Below, in pieces: positions 19,284-29,038 of a DNA stretch of 64,000 nt. Made by a program: the position numbers and the translations under genes. The notes under the pieces were generated by a model that searched no databases, was not told where the DNA came from, and saw only the letters and a program-made list of their open reading frames with translations. Position 1 is the first letter of the stretch. The number at the start of each line of letters is the position of its first letter. Source of the stretch: Candidatus Dormiibacterota bacterium (GTDB lineage Bacteria; Chloroflexota; Dormibacteria; Aeolococcales; Aeolococcaceae); NCBI GenBank assembly GCA_963718525.1, contig OY970355.1, positions 3,272,190 to 3,336,189 on the forward strand, given 5' to 3'.

Positions 19284-20452
19284 ACCGCGGCGCCGAATCT
19301 TTCGAGCCGGAACGGCGACAGATCCGCGTCGCTCGCCCCCGTCGTGACCCGTTGTGCGATCGCCTCGCCGAGGCCGGCCGAATGCTTGAACCCGTGTCCC
19401 GAACACGGTGATACGAGCAGCACGCCGGGGAGATCCGGGTGGTCGTCGATGACGAAGTTCGCATCCGGCGTGACCGTGTAGAGGCAGCGGGCCGCACGCA
19501 GAACGTTCGACGAGACGCCCGGGAGGCGCTTGCCGATCAGTGACTCATAGAGTTGACGCGGCTCGTCGGGATCGACTTCGAGCGAAGCGTCGTCAGCACT
19601 GGTTGCCCTGTCGAGCTGTTCGTCGGCGACCTTGATCTCGCGGGTGCCGTCGATCGCGGGGAAACCGTAGAACGCGTTGCCGTCGCTGAGCCCCCAGATG
19701 AACACGGGCATGGCGCCCGACGTGTGATCGACGGCATCCGGCCTCAGCTCGTACCACTGCAGCACCTGCCGATACACGTTGAACAGCTGCAGCTGCTCCA
19801 CGGCGACAAAGTCGCGAACCCACGCCCCCACCGCGAGCACCACCCTGCCGGCGTCGACGTCGCCGCGGTCGGTGCGCACTCGCACGCCGCTCCCCGACGG
19901 TTCGACGGCGAGCACTCTCTCGTCACGGCGGATCTCGGCGCGGTGGCGGCTCGCCACCGACAGCTGCGCGTCGACACAACGCTCTGGACGCACAAACCCG
20001 GCGGTCGGCTCGTAATAGGCGGATTCGTCACCATCCAACCCGAACTGCGGGAACCGGTCGGCAACCTCCGCAGCGCTGAGCCGCTCGTGCTTGATCCCGT
20101 ATCGATTCGCGCAGGCGATGGTGCTGGCCAGGAACTCGTGACGGTGGTGTCCGGCGGCCCCACCGCCGGCCGACTCGAGGATCAGCCCACCGCACTGGGT
20201 GAGCAGCTTCTGGCCGGTTTCTGCCTCGAGCTCGCGCCAGATCGCATGCGAGCGCTGGACCAGCGGCGTATACGCCTCGCCCTCGCCGATCGCCTCCCGC
20301 GTGATGCGCGTATCCCCGTGGGTCGAGCCGTGGATGTGCGGTGGTGAGAATCGATCGATGCCGACCACACGGGCTCCACGCGTCGCCAGTTGATACAGCG
20401 TCGCAGCGCCGGCGGCGCCCAGCCCGATGACTGCCACGTCGTACGTGCTCAC
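19280..20452 (-). CDS. solA: N-methyl-L-tryptophan/monomeric sarcosine oxidase family flavoprotein
   Basis: GLGAAG FAD motif, HGSTHGDTRITR, CLYTVTPD, CSGHGFKH. Confidence 0.88.
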   Translation of the reverse strand: MSTYDVAVIGLGAAGAATLYQLATRGARVVGIDRFSPPHIHGSTHGDTRITREAIGEGEAYTPLVQRSHAIWRELEAETGQKLLTQCGGLILESAGGGAAGHHRHEFLASTIACANRYGIKHERLSAAEVADRFPQFGLDGDESAYYEPTAGFVRPERCVDAQLSVASRHRAEIRRDERVLAVEPSGSGVRVRTDRGDVDAGRVVLAVGAWVRDFVAVEQLQLFNVYRQVLQWYELRPDAVDHTSGAMPVFIWGLSDGNAFYGFPAIDGTREIKVADEQLDRATSADDASLEVDPDEPRQLYESLIGKRLPGVSSNVLRAARCLYTVTPDANFVIDDHPDLPGVLLVSPCSGHGFKHSAGLGEAIAQRVTTGASDADLSPFRLERFGAAV

Positions 20453-20474
20453 CGCCGCAGCCTACTACCCTGAG

Positions 20475-21107
20475 ATGGTGGGCCAGGAACACTACTTCAG
20501 CCCGGATCCGAAGGTCGCTTCGCGCCCCAGGACGATCCGGGTCGAGCTCCCAGACCAGAGCTTCGAGCTCGACACCGATCGCGGTGTCTTTGCGCACGGT
20601 CATCTCGACTCCGGCACCGAACTCCTGCTGCGGAGCGTGGGGCCGATCCCTTCCGGTGAGATCGCCGATGTCGGCTGCGGATATGGCGCCATCGCCATCG
20701 CCCTGGCACTGCGCAACCCGGATGCCCGGGTATGGGCGGTGGACGTCAACCGCCGCGCTCTCGACCTCTGCGCGCGCAACGCCGACCGTGCGGGCGCACA
20801 CAATGTCGTCCCCGCCGAACCGGACGCGGTCCCTGGGGGCGTCAAGTTCGCCGCCGTGTACTCCAACCCGCCGGTGCGGCTCGGCAAGGCGGCGCTCCAC
20901 GAGCTGCTCCTCACCTGGATCGGACGGCTCGGGCCGGACGCCATCGCGCACCTGGTGGTCCAGCGGCATCTCGGCGCCGATTCGCTGGCAGCGTGGCTGA
21001 CCGTCCTCGGTCATCGCGTCGAACGGGTCAGGTCGAAGGGCGGGTATCGCATCCTCGAGGTGCATGCGGCCGCCGCAACTCCGCATCATGAGCGCCGTGC
21101 CCGTTAG
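20475..21107 (+). CDS. Small class I SAM methyltransferase (RsmC/YbxB-like); start may be GTG 20478
   Basis: HYFS, GVFAHGHLDSGT, DVGCGYG, SNPP motifs. Confidence 0.88.
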   Translation: MVGQEHYFSPDPKVASRPRTIRVELPDQSFELDTDRGVFAHGHLDSGTELLLRSVGPIPSGEIADVGCGYGAIAIALALRNPDARVWAVDVNRRALDLCARNADRAGAHNVVPAEPDAVPGGVKFAAVYSNPPVRLGKAALHELLLTWIGRLGPDAIAHLVVQRHLGADSLAAWLTVLGHRVERVRSKGGYRILEVHAAAATPHHERRAR

Positions 21108-21993
21108 CCCCGGCCCGGTCGGCTTCATCACGATCAATGTCGACCCGGTCCTGAATCTGGGGCCCCTGCCGATCCACTGGTATGGGGTCATGTATGCGGT
21201 GGCATTCCTCGCCGCGTATCAGTTCGGTGTGCTGCCCTACGCGAAGCGCCGTGGCCTCCCGAAGGCGACCGCGGAGAAGATCTGCGTCTGGACGATCATC
21301 TTCGGGCTGCTCGGGGGCCGGCTGTACTACGTCGTCCAGCAGCCCGACCTGTGGCAGAACTTCATCCTCCACCCCATCAACATCATCGCGTTCTGGCAGG
21401 GTGGGATGGCCTTCTTCGGCGCCATCATCGCCGGCTTCATCACCCTCGCGATCTGCGCGTGGCGCTACGGATACAACCCCTGGATCGCGCTCGACGGCGG
21501 TGTGATCTTCGCCGTCGTGGGTCAGCCCATCGGACGCATCGGCAACGTGATCAACGGCGACATCCTGGGTGCGCCGAGCAACCTTCCCTGGGCAACGGCC
21601 TACTCGAATCCACACGCGATCCTGCAGACCGGGTTCAGCCTCTGCACGCCGGCGCAGTGCATCGCCTATCAGCCCGCGGCGGTGTACGAGGCGCTCGGAA
21701 CCATCTGCATCGGGCTCATCCTCTGGGTGCTGCTTCGGCGGAATGTGCGTCCGGGTGTGCTCGCCATCAGCTATGTGGCGCTGTACGCGATCAGCCAGCT
21801 CATCCTGTTCGAGTTCCGCAAGAGCGAACCGCCGGGGCCACTCGGGCTGCGTGAGGCGCAATGGACGTCGATCGTGACGCTGGTGATCGGCGTACCCCTC
21901 CTCTACCTCCTCTGGCGGCGCACCAACTCGCGGTTCGAGAAGCGCTTTCCGGCTGAACCGGCCACCGCCCATGAGCCGGCAACAGCTCGGTGA
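21088..21993 (+). CDS. lgt: Prolipoprotein diacylglyceryl transferase
   Basis: IHWYG, GGRLYYV, WQGGMAF, GQPIGRIGN..NGD, EFRK; multiple TM helices. Confidence 0.88.
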   Translation: MSAVPVSPGPVGFITINVDPVLNLGPLPIHWYGVMYAVAFLAAYQFGVLPYAKRRGLPKATAEKICVWTIIFGLLGGRLYYVVQQPDLWQNFILHPINIIAFWQGGMAFFGAIIAGFITLAICAWRYGYNPWIALDGGVIFAVVGQPIGRIGNVINGDILGAPSNLPWATAYSNPHAILQTGFSLCTPAQCIAYQPAAVYEALGTICIGLILWVLLRRNVRPGVLAISYVALYAISQLILFEFRKSEPPGPLGLREAQWTSIVTLVIGVPLLYLLWRRTNSRFEKRFPAEPATAHEPATAR

Positions 21994-22550
21994 CACAGCT
22001 TCTTCTCTACAACGTCATCGGCTTCATCGAGGTGGCGTTGACGGTCCTGATCATCGCGCGGATCGCGGTGTCATGGATCGGGCTCAGCCCGTGGCACCCG
22101 GTGGTCCGCTGGCTGCGCATCATCGTGGATCCCATCCTCGCGCCCTTCCGGCGCATCCTCCCCACATTCGGCGGCCTCGACTTCTCGCCGATCCTCGCGC
22201 TCGTCGTCATCAACATCGTGGCCCAGATACTGCAGACGCTGGTCCTTGGTGGCGGCGTCAATCCGGGCCAGACAATCGCCCTGCTCATCGAGCAGGTGGT
22301 GGTGGATGTCGCGATTGCGATTGCGATCCTCGTCTTCATCCGCGTTCTGCTCGCGGTGTTCCACGCCGACCCGTGGCATCCATTGGTGCAGATGATCCGG
22401 TCGGTGACCAATCCGCTCGTGGCTCCCTTCGCTGGCCTGCACCGTCGCGGGGCCACCGCTGCGGTGGACGTCCCGGCGATCGCGGCGCTGGCGATGTACA
22501 TCGTCGTGATCATCGCGATCAAGTTCGTGTTCGGGCTGATCTTCCCGTAG
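21990..22550 (+). CDS. YggT family membrane protein (two YggT repeats)
   Basis: PWHPVV..DPILAPFRRILP..GLDFSP repeated as PWHPLV..NPLVAPF..VDVP. Confidence 0.88.
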   Translation: MTQLLLYNVIGFIEVALTVLIIARIAVSWIGLSPWHPVVRWLRIIVDPILAPFRRILPTFGGLDFSPILALVVINIVAQILQTLVLGGGVNPGQTIALLIEQVVVDVAIAIAILVFIRVLLAVFHADPWHPLVQMIRSVTNPLVAPFAGLHRRGATAAVDVPAIAALAMYIVVIIAIKFVFGLIFP

Positions 22551-22568
22551 GGCGCAGCAGGCGCGGTG

Positions 22569-25500
22569 TCAGCGCCTCGCGGCTGTGCGCTCGCGTTCCG
22601 GAGCGCGGACCCGGCGCATCTCGATGCGATACGCGTTGTCGCCCACCAGAACCTCCACGGCTCGCTCCAACGCCGGACACGGTTCCACGGCGAAGTCGAC
22701 GGCGAGGGTGATTTCGTCGACGCTCGTCCCCGAATCGACGTGGAGGATCACTGCGCAATCGCCCTGGTGCTCCTCGAGCGCGCGGCGGAGTGCCCCGAGC
22801 GTGCCGATCTGCGACGCGTTGACGCTGATGTGCACGGTGCTGTCCCGCCGCCACGTGGCAAGACGGGGATCGTCATAGGCATACACCGCCTCGGCGAGGA
22901 TCTGCGGCGGTTCCAGGTCGACGCGGTCGTCGTCTTCTGTTCCGGGCGTGGAGGTTGCGCCGCTCGCCGTGCGGCCGGCCTCGACCTTGCCTCGCACCAC
23001 GATGACCGCGTCCGGCCGCAACGCTGCCACGCACTCCTCGAACACTCGTGCGAACACCACGACCTCGACGCTGCCGGTCAGATCCTCGATCTGCAACGCG
23101 GCCATCCGCTGTCCGGTTGTGCTCCGGCGCGGCACGAAGGTGCGCATGTCGCGGATCGCCCCACCCACCTGCACGATGAGCCCGTCGAGATGCGCGCCGA
23201 GCTCGTTGATGGTGGTGTCGACGCGCTGCTGCAACTCGCCGGCAATCCTGCGCAGCGGGTGGTCGCTCAGGTACATGCCGAGGAACTCGCGCTCCCAGCT
23301 CAACCGTTCGTCCGCCGCTATCGCAAAGGGGCCGCCGACGTCGCGGCCATCGAGATCGTCCGCAGCCTGCGACACCGGCTCGATCAACACGATGGTCTCG
23401 CCGAACAGGGACGTCTGACCCAACTCACGCTCCCGGCGGATCGTCGCAGCACGGTCGATGACCCGGTCGAGCACCGCCAGCATGGCGCCGCGCTCGCCGA
23501 GGGAATCGCACGCACCGCTGCGGATCAGCGCCTCCACGACACGGCGGTTGAGGTCGCGGCTCGCCACGCGCAGGCAGAGGTCGAAGAGCGAGACGAACGG
23601 ACCGGCGGCATCCCGTTCAGCCACGATCTCGGCGGCGATGCGCTCGCCGACGTTCTTGATGTGCCGCAGCCCGTAGAGGATCTCGCCCTGCGCCTCATCG
23701 CCGAGGCTGAACGCCGATGCGCTCCGGTTGACGTCGGGCGGACGGACGACGAGGTTGCGCGCGTGCGCGTCGAGGATCGACTGCTTCAGCTTGTCGAAGT
23801 TGTCCGCCCTGCTGTTGAGCAGTGCGCACATGTACTCGCGTGGGTAGTTCGCCTTCAGATACGCCGTCTGGTACGCGATCAGCCCGTACGAGATGCTGTG
23901 CGCGCCGTTGAATCCGTAGCCCGCGAAGAGCGCGATGAGCTCGAACAGCTGCAGCGCCGTGTCCGCTGCAACGCCCCGTGCCGCGGCACCACTCAAGAAC
24001 TGCTCGCGCTGCTTGGACATCTTCACCTTGTCCTTCTTGCCCATCGCGGCGCGCAGGATGTCGGCTTCTCCGAGGGTGAACCCGGCGACCGCCGAGGCGA
24101 TCTTCATCACCTGATCCTGGTAGAGGATCGCCCCATACGTGTCCTTGAGGATCGGCTCGAGCTCGGGAAGCATGTACGTGACTGGCTCCTCGCCGCGCTT
24201 ACGTCGCATCCATGTCGCAGTGGCTCCACCTTCGATCGGACCCGGGCGGTTGAGGGCAACCGCGACGCCCATATCCTCGAGGCACTTCGGTTGCATGTCG
24301 AGGAGGATCCGCTTGGCGAATGTTGCCTCGAGCTGGAAGATGCCGTGGGTGTCGGCCTTGCCGAGCAGCTCGTACGTCTTGGCGTCGTCGAGCGGGATGT
24401 GGTCGATATCGAGCTCGATCCCACGCGTTGCGCGCACCGTCGCCGTGGCTTGCGCGATCACGGTGAGGTTGGACAGGCCGAGCAGATCGATCTTCAGGAG
24501 TCCGATCTTCGAGACGCCGTTCATGTCGAACTGAGTCACCGCGGTACCGTCGCCAAGCGTCGAGCGTTGCAGTGGAACGATGTTGGCCAGCGGCTCGGAG
24601 CCGATAACGACTGCGGCCGCATGGGTCGAGGCGTTTCGGCAGATCCCCTCGAGCCGGCGGGCGATGTCGATGATGCGCTTCGCCCACTCCTCGTGCTCGT
24701 AGAGCTCATTCAGCTCGCGGCTTTCTTTCAGCGCTCGCTCGAGCGTGATGTTCACCACCTGCGGGACCAGCTTCGCCAGCCGGTCGACGTCCGGGAGCGG
24801 CACATTGAGCACGCGTCCGACGTCGCGAATCGCCGCGCGCGCCGCCATGGTGCCGAAGGTGATTATCTGCGCGACGCGATCGCGCCCGTACTTTTCCTGT
24901 ACGTACGCGAGGACTCGCTCTCGTCCCACATCATCGAAGTCGATGTCGATATCCGGCATCTGCACGCGTTCGCGGTTGAGAAAGCGCTCGAAGATGAGCC
25001 CATACTGGAGCGGTTCGATGTCGGTGATGTGGAGCACGTAGCTCACCACCGATCCCGCGGCGCTGCCACGACCCGGACCGACGCGCACACCGTCAGAGCG
25101 CGCCGCCTTGATCAGATCCCAGACGATCAGGAAGTACGCCGAGAAGCCCGTCTCGCGGATGACGTCGAGCTCCATATGCAGGCGTTCGCGAACCTCGTCA
25201 TTGACGGCGTTCCCGTAGCGCTCCTGCACGCCAATCTCGCAGAGCTGGAGCAGATACGTGTCGGCGTTCAGCCCATCCGGGATTGGCGAATACGTTGGGA
25301 GCAGGTTCTGCCCCAACGGGATCTCGACATGACAGCGAGCCGCGATGGCCACGGTGTTCGACACCGCCTCGCCATATGCAGCAAAGCGCTCGCGCATCTG
25401 CTGCGTGCTGGCGAGGTAGTACTCCGGGCCGGACAGACGGAACCGCTTCTCGTCCTCCAGCCGAGCGCCGGTCTGGAGGCACAGAAGAATGTCGTGCGCC

Positions 25501-26183
25501 TCGGCGTCCTCCGGCTTGATGTAGTGCGAGTCGTTGGTGGCGACGAGCGGCAACCCGGTGCGCCGGGCGATCTCCACGAGACCCGCGCGCACGACGTCCT
25601 CCTCCGGGATGCCGTGGTCCTGCAACTCGAGAAAGTAGTTGTCGGCACCAAAGATCTCGGCGTGCTGCCGTGCGATCGCCTCGGCAGCGTCCATGTCCCC
25701 GCGCACGATCGCCTGCGGCAGCTCACCACCGAGGCACGCGGAGAGGCAGATCAACCCCTCTGCATGCTCCGCGAGCAGCTCCCGGTCGATGCGCGGTCGG
25801 TAGTAGAACCCCTCGAGATGTGACGCACTGACGAGCTTGATGAGGTTCCGGTACCCGACGTCGTTGCGCGCAAGAAGGATCAGATGGTTCGGGTCGCGGT
25901 CCGCCCGACCCTCACGATCCGTCCGTGACCGCGGCGCCATGTACATCTCGCAGCCGATGATCGGGTTGATCTTCGCGGCGCGAGCAGCCGAGTAGAAATC
26001 CACCGCGCCGTAGAGCACCCCGTGGTCGGTGATGGCGATCGCCGTTTGCCCCATCGCCTTGGCGCTGTCCACGAGCTCCTTGACCCGTGAGGCACCGTCG
26101 AGCAGCGAGAACTCGCTGTGCGTATGCAGGTGCGCAAAGCCTCCGGACTCGATCTCGTCGCCGGTCGCGGATGGCTGCTCCAC
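22569..26183 (-). CDS. dnaE: DNA polymerase III alpha subunit
   Basis: PHP motifs HLHTHSEFSLLDG and ATNDSHY, GRGSAAGS, catalytic PDIDIDF, OB fold; AGGAGG upstream of GTG 26183. Confidence 0.96.
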   Translation of the reverse strand: MEQPSATGDEIESGGFAHLHTHSEFSLLDGASRVKELVDSAKAMGQTAIAITDHGVLYGAVDFYSAARAAKINPIIGCEMYMAPRSRTDREGRADRDPNHLILLARNDVGYRNLIKLVSASHLEGFYYRPRIDRELLAEHAEGLICLSACLGGELPQAIVRGDMDAAEAIARQHAEIFGADNYFLELQDHGIPEEDVVRAGLVEIARRTGLPLVATNDSHYIKPEDAEAHDILLCLQTGARLEDEKRFRLSGPEYYLASTQQMRERFAAYGEAVSNTVAIAARCHVEIPLGQNLLPTYSPIPDGLNADTYLLQLCEIGVQERYGNAVNDEVRERLHMELDVIRETGFSAYFLIVWDLIKAARSDGVRVGPGRGSAAGSVVSYVLHITDIEPLQYGLIFERFLNRERVQMPDIDIDFDDVGRERVLAYVQEKYGRDRVAQIITFGTMAARAAIRDVGRVLNVPLPDVDRLAKLVPQVVNITLERALKESRELNELYEHEEWAKRIIDIARRLEGICRNASTHAAAVVIGSEPLANIVPLQRSTLGDGTAVTQFDMNGVSKIGLLKIDLLGLSNLTVIAQATATVRATRGIELDIDHIPLDDAKTYELLGKADTHGIFQLEATFAKRILLDMQPKCLEDMGVAVALNRPGPIEGGATATWMRRKRGEEPVTYMLPELEPILKDTYGAILYQDQVMKIASAVAGFTLGEADILRAAMGKKDKVKMSKQREQFLSGAAARGVAADTALQLFELIALFAGYGFNGAHSISYGLIAYQTAYLKANYPREYMCALLNSRADNFDKLKQSILDAHARNLVVRPPDVNRSASAFSLGDEAQGEILYGLRHIKNVGERIAAEIVAERDAAGPFVSLFDLCLRVASRDLNRRVVEALIRSGACDSLGERGAMLAVLDRVIDRAATIRRERELGQTSLFGETIVLIEPVSQAADDLDGRDVGGPFAIAADERLSWEREFLGMYLSDHPLRRIAGELQQRVDTTINELGAHLDGLIVQVGGAIRDMRTFVPRRSTTGQRMAALQIEDLTGSVEVVVFARVFEECVAALRPDAVIVVRGKVEAGRTASGATSTPGTEDDDRVDLEPPQILAEAVYAYDDPRLATWRRDSTVHISVNASQIGTLGALRRALEEHQGDCAVILHVDSGTSVDEITLAVDFAVEPCPALERAVEVLVGDNAYRIEMRRVRAPERERTAARR

Positions 26184-26210
26184 ACTGCCTCCTGGGGCTG
26201 TCGATGACAA

Positions 26211-26224
26211 CGAACAGACGTACG
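26211..26224. promoter_or_regulatory. LexA/SOS box upstream of dnaE
   Basis: CGAACAGACGTACG, overlapping a minus-strand TAGCGT -10-like hexamer. Confidence 0.7.
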
Positions 26225-26270
26225 CTACCACTCCACAGCGACGCGCCGCCGGGGCCTCTGAGGGTACCCC

Positions 26271-27548
26271 TCAGCGGGGGCCGGCGGGCTCCGCGACGGC
26301 GTCCGCCGGAGGTGCGCCGGTGCGGGTGAGCTTCACGACGGTCTCGACGTGATAGGTCTGCGGAAACATGTCGACGATGTCGAGTGAGTCGACGCGATAC
26401 GGTCCCGACGCCACGAGCGTGTGCAGGTCGCGGGCGAGCGTCGCCGGATCGCACGAGACGTACACGACCCGGTCCGGACCGGCGAGCGCGAGCCATCCGT
26501 TGACGCGTCCCGAGCAACCCGCGCGCGGCGGGTCGAGGATGACGATGTCGGCCATCTCCGCCGCGCCCACATTGGGCAACGCGTCCTCGACGGGCGAGAG
26601 CACGAAATGCATTCGGTCGGCGACGTCGTTCACCCGCGAGTTGAGCACACCGAGCTGCGCCGCGCCGCGGTTGCTCTCGATGCATACGACCTCGCGCGCA
26701 TCCGCGGCGAGGTGGCACGCGAGCACACCGATGCCCGCGTATGCGTCGACCACGCGGAGGCCGGCGTAGTCGCCTAGCGCGTCGATGGCGCACTGGTAGA
26801 GCACGTCCATCTGTGCCCAGTTCACCTGGATGAACGCATCGGGCGTGACCCGAAAGGACATCCCACGCCAGCGCAGCGTCGTCGACGTCGTGCTGACACG
26901 TCCGCCGTCGGGCAGATCGAGGCCCCCATCCAGGGCACCACTCGCCAGTCCCTTGGCCGGCTTGGCGTGGATGAGCAATTCCCGGCCCTCCTCGCCGACG
27001 GTCAGGTGGAGCGTGCCAAGCGCGTTGGTGGCGCTGGAGTTCAGGAGCTTCCGCAGCGCGGGCAGCGCTGTGGTGATGCGCGGGTGATGTATCAGGCAGT
27101 CGTCCACAGCGATCGGGCGCCAGCTGCGTGCGCGGTTGAATCCGAGCGCGGGTGGCGTGGTCGCGGTTCCGGGGATGACGTGAAATTCGCCGCGCAGCCG
27201 GTAGCGCCAGGGGTCGTCGACCGCGTGCATCTTCGGCGCGGGATGCTCGATGTGCTGCCGGTGCAGCGCGTCGAGCACAATGTCCCGCTTCAGCTCGACC
27301 TGGTGCCCGTAGGCAACGTGCTGCAGCTGACAGCCGCCGCATCTGGGCACGTACGGGCAGGGAGGGGTGACCCGGTGTGGCGACGGCTCGAGCACCCGCA
27401 CCACCTCGGCAAAGGACGTCGCGCCCTTCTTGTATCGAACAGCGATCTCCACGTCCTCGCCGGGGATGCCGCCTTCGACGAGCAGGGTCGCGCCCTGCTC
27501 ATCGTGGGCAAGGCACAGACCACCATGGACCATGCGTCCGAGACGCAC
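26271..27548 (-). CDS. RNA m5U methyltransferase (RlmD/TrmA family)
   Basis: TRAM N-terminus, CPYVPRCGGC Fe-S motif, AFIQVN, DPPRAG, YVSCDPATLARD, DMFPQTYHVE. Confidence 0.92.
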   Translation of the reverse strand: MRLGRMVHGGLCLAHDEQGATLLVEGGIPGEDVEIAVRYKKGATSFAEVVRVLEPSPHRVTPPCPYVPRCGGCQLQHVAYGHQVELKRDIVLDALHRQHIEHPAPKMHAVDDPWRYRLRGEFHVIPGTATTPPALGFNRARSWRPIAVDDCLIHHPRITTALPALRKLLNSSATNALGTLHLTVGEEGRELLIHAKPAKGLASGALDGGLDLPDGGRVSTTSTTLRWRGMSFRVTPDAFIQVNWAQMDVLYQCAIDALGDYAGLRVVDAYAGIGVLACHLAADAREVVCIESNRGAAQLGVLNSRVNDVADRMHFVLSPVEDALPNVGAAEMADIVILDPPRAGCSGRVNGWLALAGPDRVVYVSCDPATLARDLHTLVASGPYRVDSLDIVDMFPQTYHVETVVKLTRTGAPPADAVAEPAGPR

Positions 27549-27553
27549 GAGGA

Positions 27554-29038
27554 CTACTGCTCCGACAGCCGGTCGCGCAGGAGGCGGTTCACCAGGGGCA
27601 TGTCCGCCTTGCCTCCGGTTGCATCCTTCACCGAACGCATCAGCTGCCCGAGGGCCTGCTGCTTGCCGGCGCGGAAGTCCGCGGCGGCGGCGGGGTTGGC
27701 GGCGATCGCGGCGTCGACCAGCGCGCTGAGCTCGGTGGTGTCACTGACCTGCGCGAGACCGCGATCCCGGACCAGGGCCTCAGGATTGCCACCGCCGACG
27801 TACAGCTCGGCAAGCAGCTCCTTCGCGGTGGGGCCGTTGATGGTGCCGGCCTCGACCAGGCGCAGGAGGCTCGCCAGGCCGTCGACGCCGAGACCGCTGC
27901 GTTGCAGCGGCATGCGGTGCTCGTTCGCCAGCGCGGCCACGTCGCCGCTTTGCCAGTTGGCGGCAAGTTTGGCAGGAACACCGGCGACGACCAACGCCTC
28001 CAGGGTGTCGGCATCCTCGCGCGTGTCGGTGAGCACGGCGGCGTCGTAGGCGTTCAACCCGTACTGCTGCTCGAAGCGTCTTGCCCGCGCCTCGGGCAGC
28101 TCCGGCAGCGCCGCACGCACGCGCTCGACGTACGCGGTGTCCAGGCGCAGCGGCGGCAGATCCGGTTCCGGGAAATACCGGTAGTCGTGAGCCTGCTCCT
28201 TGCTCCGCTGTGAGATCGTGCGGCCCTGCGTCTCGACCCAGCCGCGGGTCTCCTGGACGAGCGTGCCTCCGGTGTCGAGCACGCCGGTCTGGCGCTCGAT
28301 CTCCAACTCGAGCGCGCGTTGCACGGCCCGGAAGGAATTCATGTTCTTCACCTCCACCTTGACGCCGAGCTCCTCGGCGCCTCGAGGACGGAGCGAGATG
28401 TTGGCGTCGCAGCGGAACGACCCCTGCTCGAGGTTGCCGTCGTTCACGCCGATGTACATCAGGATCTGGCGAAGCCGTACGAGATATTCACGCGCGGCTT
28501 CCGGCGTCCGCAGATCGGGCTCGCCGACGATCTCCATGAGCGGTACCCCGCACCGGTTGAGGTCGATCAGCGACGACGTCGAGCTCTGGAGCACGTCGCC
28601 CGCGTGATGCATCGTGCCGGTGTCCTCCTCGAGGTGAACGCGGGTGATGCCGCACCGGACCGTTTCGCCACCAACCGGGAACTCGAGGTGTCCATGCACC
28701 GACAGCGGCAGGTCGTACTGTGAGATCTGGTACCCCTTCGGGAGGTCCGGATAGAAGTAGTTCTTGCGGTCGAACTTCGTGAATGCGGGGATGTCGCACT
28801 GCAGCGCAAGAGCGGTTCGAACCGTGAACTCGACCGCCTGCTGGTTGATGGTGGGGAGGACTCCCGGCATGCCCAGACAGACCGGGCACGTGTTCTCGTT
28901 GGGGGCGGCGCTGATGTAGTCCGCGGGGCACGGGCAGAACATCTTGCTGCGGGTGAGCAGCTGCGCGTGCACCTCGAGCCCGATCACCACCTCGTAGCGG
29001 TCGAGCGAGGCAGCGGTGAGTGTTGCTGTCTCGGTCAT
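27554..29038 (-). CDS. gatB: Asp/Glu-tRNA amidotransferase subunit B
   Basis: IGLEVHAQL, FDRKNYFYPDLPKGYQISQ, DYRYFPEPDLP; ATG 29038 overlaps the gatA stop. Confidence 0.97.
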   Translation of the reverse strand: MTETATLTAASLDRYEVVIGLEVHAQLLTRSKMFCPCPADYISAAPNENTCPVCLGMPGVLPTINQQAVEFTVRTALALQCDIPAFTKFDRKNYFYPDLPKGYQISQYDLPLSVHGHLEFPVGGETVRCGITRVHLEEDTGTMHHAGDVLQSSTSSLIDLNRCGVPLMEIVGEPDLRTPEAAREYLVRLRQILMYIGVNDGNLEQGSFRCDANISLRPRGAEELGVKVEVKNMNSFRAVQRALELEIERQTGVLDTGGTLVQETRGWVETQGRTISQRSKEQAHDYRYFPEPDLPPLRLDTAYVERVRAALPELPEARARRFEQQYGLNAYDAAVLTDTREDADTLEALVVAGVPAKLAANWQSGDVAALANEHRMPLQRSGLGVDGLASLLRLVEAGTINGPTAKELLAELYVGGGNPEALVRDRGLAQVSDTTELSALVDAAIAANPAAAADFRAGKQQALGQLMRSVKDATGGKADMPLVNRLLRDRLSEQ

